NCBI GenBank assembly: GCA_016748015.1
Contig: JAAOMT010000299.1
Location: 409,307 to 419,352 of the forward strand
DNA: 10,046 nt
Origin: Geosiphon pyriformis uo1
Lineage: Eukaryota; Fungi; Glomeromycota
Reading direction: 5' to 3'
Every line of letters starts with the position of its first letter. Position 1 is the stretch's first letter. Both the position numbers and the translations under genes were made by a program. The notes beneath the pieces are model-generated. The model was not told where the DNA came from. It did not search any database and was given only the letters and a program-made list of their open reading frames with translations. This document shows, in pieces, positions 7,959-10,046 of this stretch.

Positions 7959-8105
7959 TTATTATTATTATTATTTGAATTATTATTATTATTATTTGAA
8001 TTATTATTATTATTATTATTATTATTATTTGAATTATTATTATTACTATTATTATTATTATTATTTGAATTATTATTATTATTATTATTATTATTATTTG
8101 AATTA
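7959..8105. repeat. Higher-order repeat [(TTA)n TTTGAA] x5
   Basis: n = 5, 5, 9, 10 (one CTA), 9. Confidence 0.92.
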
Positions 8106-8293
8106 AAAGCGAGAAAGAATCGAATTCATGATTTTAATATGTTCATTTTTAAGCCAAAACATATTCTTGATAATTAAAAATTCTTTGATTTCTCTACTCG
8201 TGATCAAATATGTTTTTACTTTACCAAGGACTCAAAATTTCTCGTTGTACTTGAATTATATAACCGTTGATGAAAGTTCTTTCCTTAAAGAGC

Positions 8294-8320
8294 CAATCAA
8301 TCAGTCAGTCAGTCAGTCAG
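8294..8320. repeat. (CAAT)->(CAGT)n microsatellite
   Basis: Read directly. Confidence 0.8.
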
Positions 8321-8402
8321 CCCTTTCAATTATACTCACAAAATGAGGCATTAAAGCTAATGTTCTAAAATCTTATGTGTTTGCAACGTTTAATAATAAA
8401 CT

Positions 8403-8425
8403 TACCTACCTACCTACCTACCTAC
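8403..8425. repeat. (TACC)n microsatellite
   Basis: Read directly. Confidence 0.8.
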
Positions 8426-8894
8426 ACTTATTGACTCATTCTTTTGCGAAATGATTTAATTCTTATTCATAATTTTTTCTCCCGTGTTAAAAAAAGTTTC
8501 AAGCAATAGAAAAAAATAAAATAACAACATGTAAAGTACATTGAATTTTCTACCTTATCTATGTTGTACTAATTGTCAGGGAAAGAATTATGTAAAATTG
8601 TTAGAGATCAAGAATTATTCTTGTTTCAAGTATTAGATTATTGTTTTTTTTTGTTTTTTTGTTTTTAATAATTTCTTCCTGCAGAATAAATGATAGAAAT
8701 GATAGAATACCCAATAATTTGTATCTCTTTATCTCTTATCATCCATTTATTTTTAAATTCCAATCGTAAATTCCAAGTTAAAAGAAATTCTCATGACAAT
8801 TTTACGTAAATATTATTTTATGTATGGTAGAGTACTAGAATGTGAAGTATTCTTGACTACAAACCAATATTTTTCTGTATGAAATACTACCCAG

Positions 8895-8935
8895 CCAATC
8901 AATCAATCAACCAACCAACCAACCAACCAACCAAC
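8895..8935. repeat. (CAAT)->(CAAC)n microsatellite
   Basis: Read directly. Confidence 0.85.
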
Positions 8936-9335
8936 TATGTTACTTGCAATCGCCTTTTAGTACTCAAAGAAATTAATAAGAAAGTTTTTAAAAAAAGAAA
9001 ACAAACCACTTTGTTTCACTAATTATAAACCAATAAGACTTACACGGAAAATGAATTTGTTAAAAGGAATTAGATATTTTTTTGTTTCAATGATGAAAAA
9101 AAATTTAAATTCGACATGTTCTTTCATCATTGAAAATTTTATCATGTGCATATATATTTAAAACCAGGTTCTAGACCAAAGTTTTTTAATGCTAAATGAC
9201 GTATACACAATAATTTTGATTTATAACATGTTTGGGATGAATGGAGCAAACAATAAAAAATGCAACGGCGATCAGAAATTTTTATCTCGCCACGTTTAAT
9301 CCTTATTATAGTAACCCAATATTCCGAGAGTTGTA

Positions 9336-9413
9336 CCTTTTTTTTTCTTCTTCTTTTTCTCTTCTTTTTCTTTTCTTTTTCTTTTTCTTCTTTTTCTTCT
9401 TTTTCTTTTTCTT
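9336..9413 (+). repeat. 78-nt uninterrupted polypyrimidine tract (CTT/CTTTT/CTTTTT units)
   Basis: Only C and T on the plus strand; followed by (TTA)n. Confidence 0.88.
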
Positions 9414-10008
9414 ATTATTATTATTATTTCACATTAAGAAAAAGTTTCAGACCCGAAAGAAAGAAAGAATTGAAAATTTGAACAGGAAATGAGGTCTACA
9501 CTTTTTTTTTTTTAAAATAATTTAATTTATTTGGAAATTTTTTTTTTAAAAAAAAAATATACCAATTTTTCCTAAAAACCTAAAATTCAATTCTTTTTAA
9601 AAATGGAAATTTTAAAGATGCAAACAAAATAAACTGGATAATTTCATGCAAAAAAAAAAAAGTTCTAGATTTTGGTCTTTTTCTAATTATTCATAACCTC
9701 TCGTGATATTTACTATTAAAAAAGTTTAAATTGTTAACATGTGGGTTATTATTTCGAGTAAACAATTATGTGGTGTTCATTTTTGAAATTTTGTCTGGAC
9801 GCTTCTATAAAATATATATATATATATCAAAAGATTCTTTAAAGATTAAAAGATTTAAATATATTTTCAATTTTCGGATTAAAATCTCAAATGACTAGAT
9901 CAATAATAAATTTGAAATGATTTTATTTATGACTAGATTAATAATGAATTTAAGTTATTTATTTATTTATGAAAACAAAAATATAAATGAAAAAATTAAC
10001 TTTATTCT

Positions 10009-10015
<7 letters not shown>

Positions 10016-10046
<31 letters not shown>
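10016..10046. repeat. Poly(A) run at window end
   Basis: 31 consecutive A, preceded by a T tract. Confidence 0.95.

Noticed and set aside
7959-8105. Repeat-spacer periodicity suggesting a CRISPR-like array
   Set aside because: The constant part is 6 bp and the spacers are pure TTA runs; eukaryotic context, no cas genes.
9537-9558. A-T10-A10-T palindrome
   Set aside because: Homopolymer junctions of this type recur throughout the window; low information content.

Overview
This is very AT-rich, microsatellite-dense eukaryotic DNA, most likely from an early-diverging fungus (Mucoromycota/Glomeromycotina; inferred from composition and protein architecture). Both ends are poly(A) runs, probably contig breaks. 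There is one convincing gene: an intronless minus-strand CrgA/LONRF-type RING-LON ubiquitin ligase (first ATG 2897, stop 795, 700 aa). It has Gln/His-rich tracts, a degenerate RING, an acidic linker, a canonical C3HC4 RING, a LON substrate-binding (PUA-like) domain and a C-terminal CaaX box (CSIS). The remaining ~7.1 kb upstream appears non-coding. I see no clearly new multi-gene system. The best leads are regulatory: (i) an open in-frame non-AUG N-terminal extension that looks like a mitochondrial presequence; (ii) strong upstream-AUG depletion with a single 7-codon uORF; (iii) a CCAAT / tandem TTACCTCA / TATA promoter cluster; (iv) three same-strand G-quadruplex motifs; (v) a switch in microsatellite strand orientation near 7.2-7.55 kb, close to a 37-bp palindrome.
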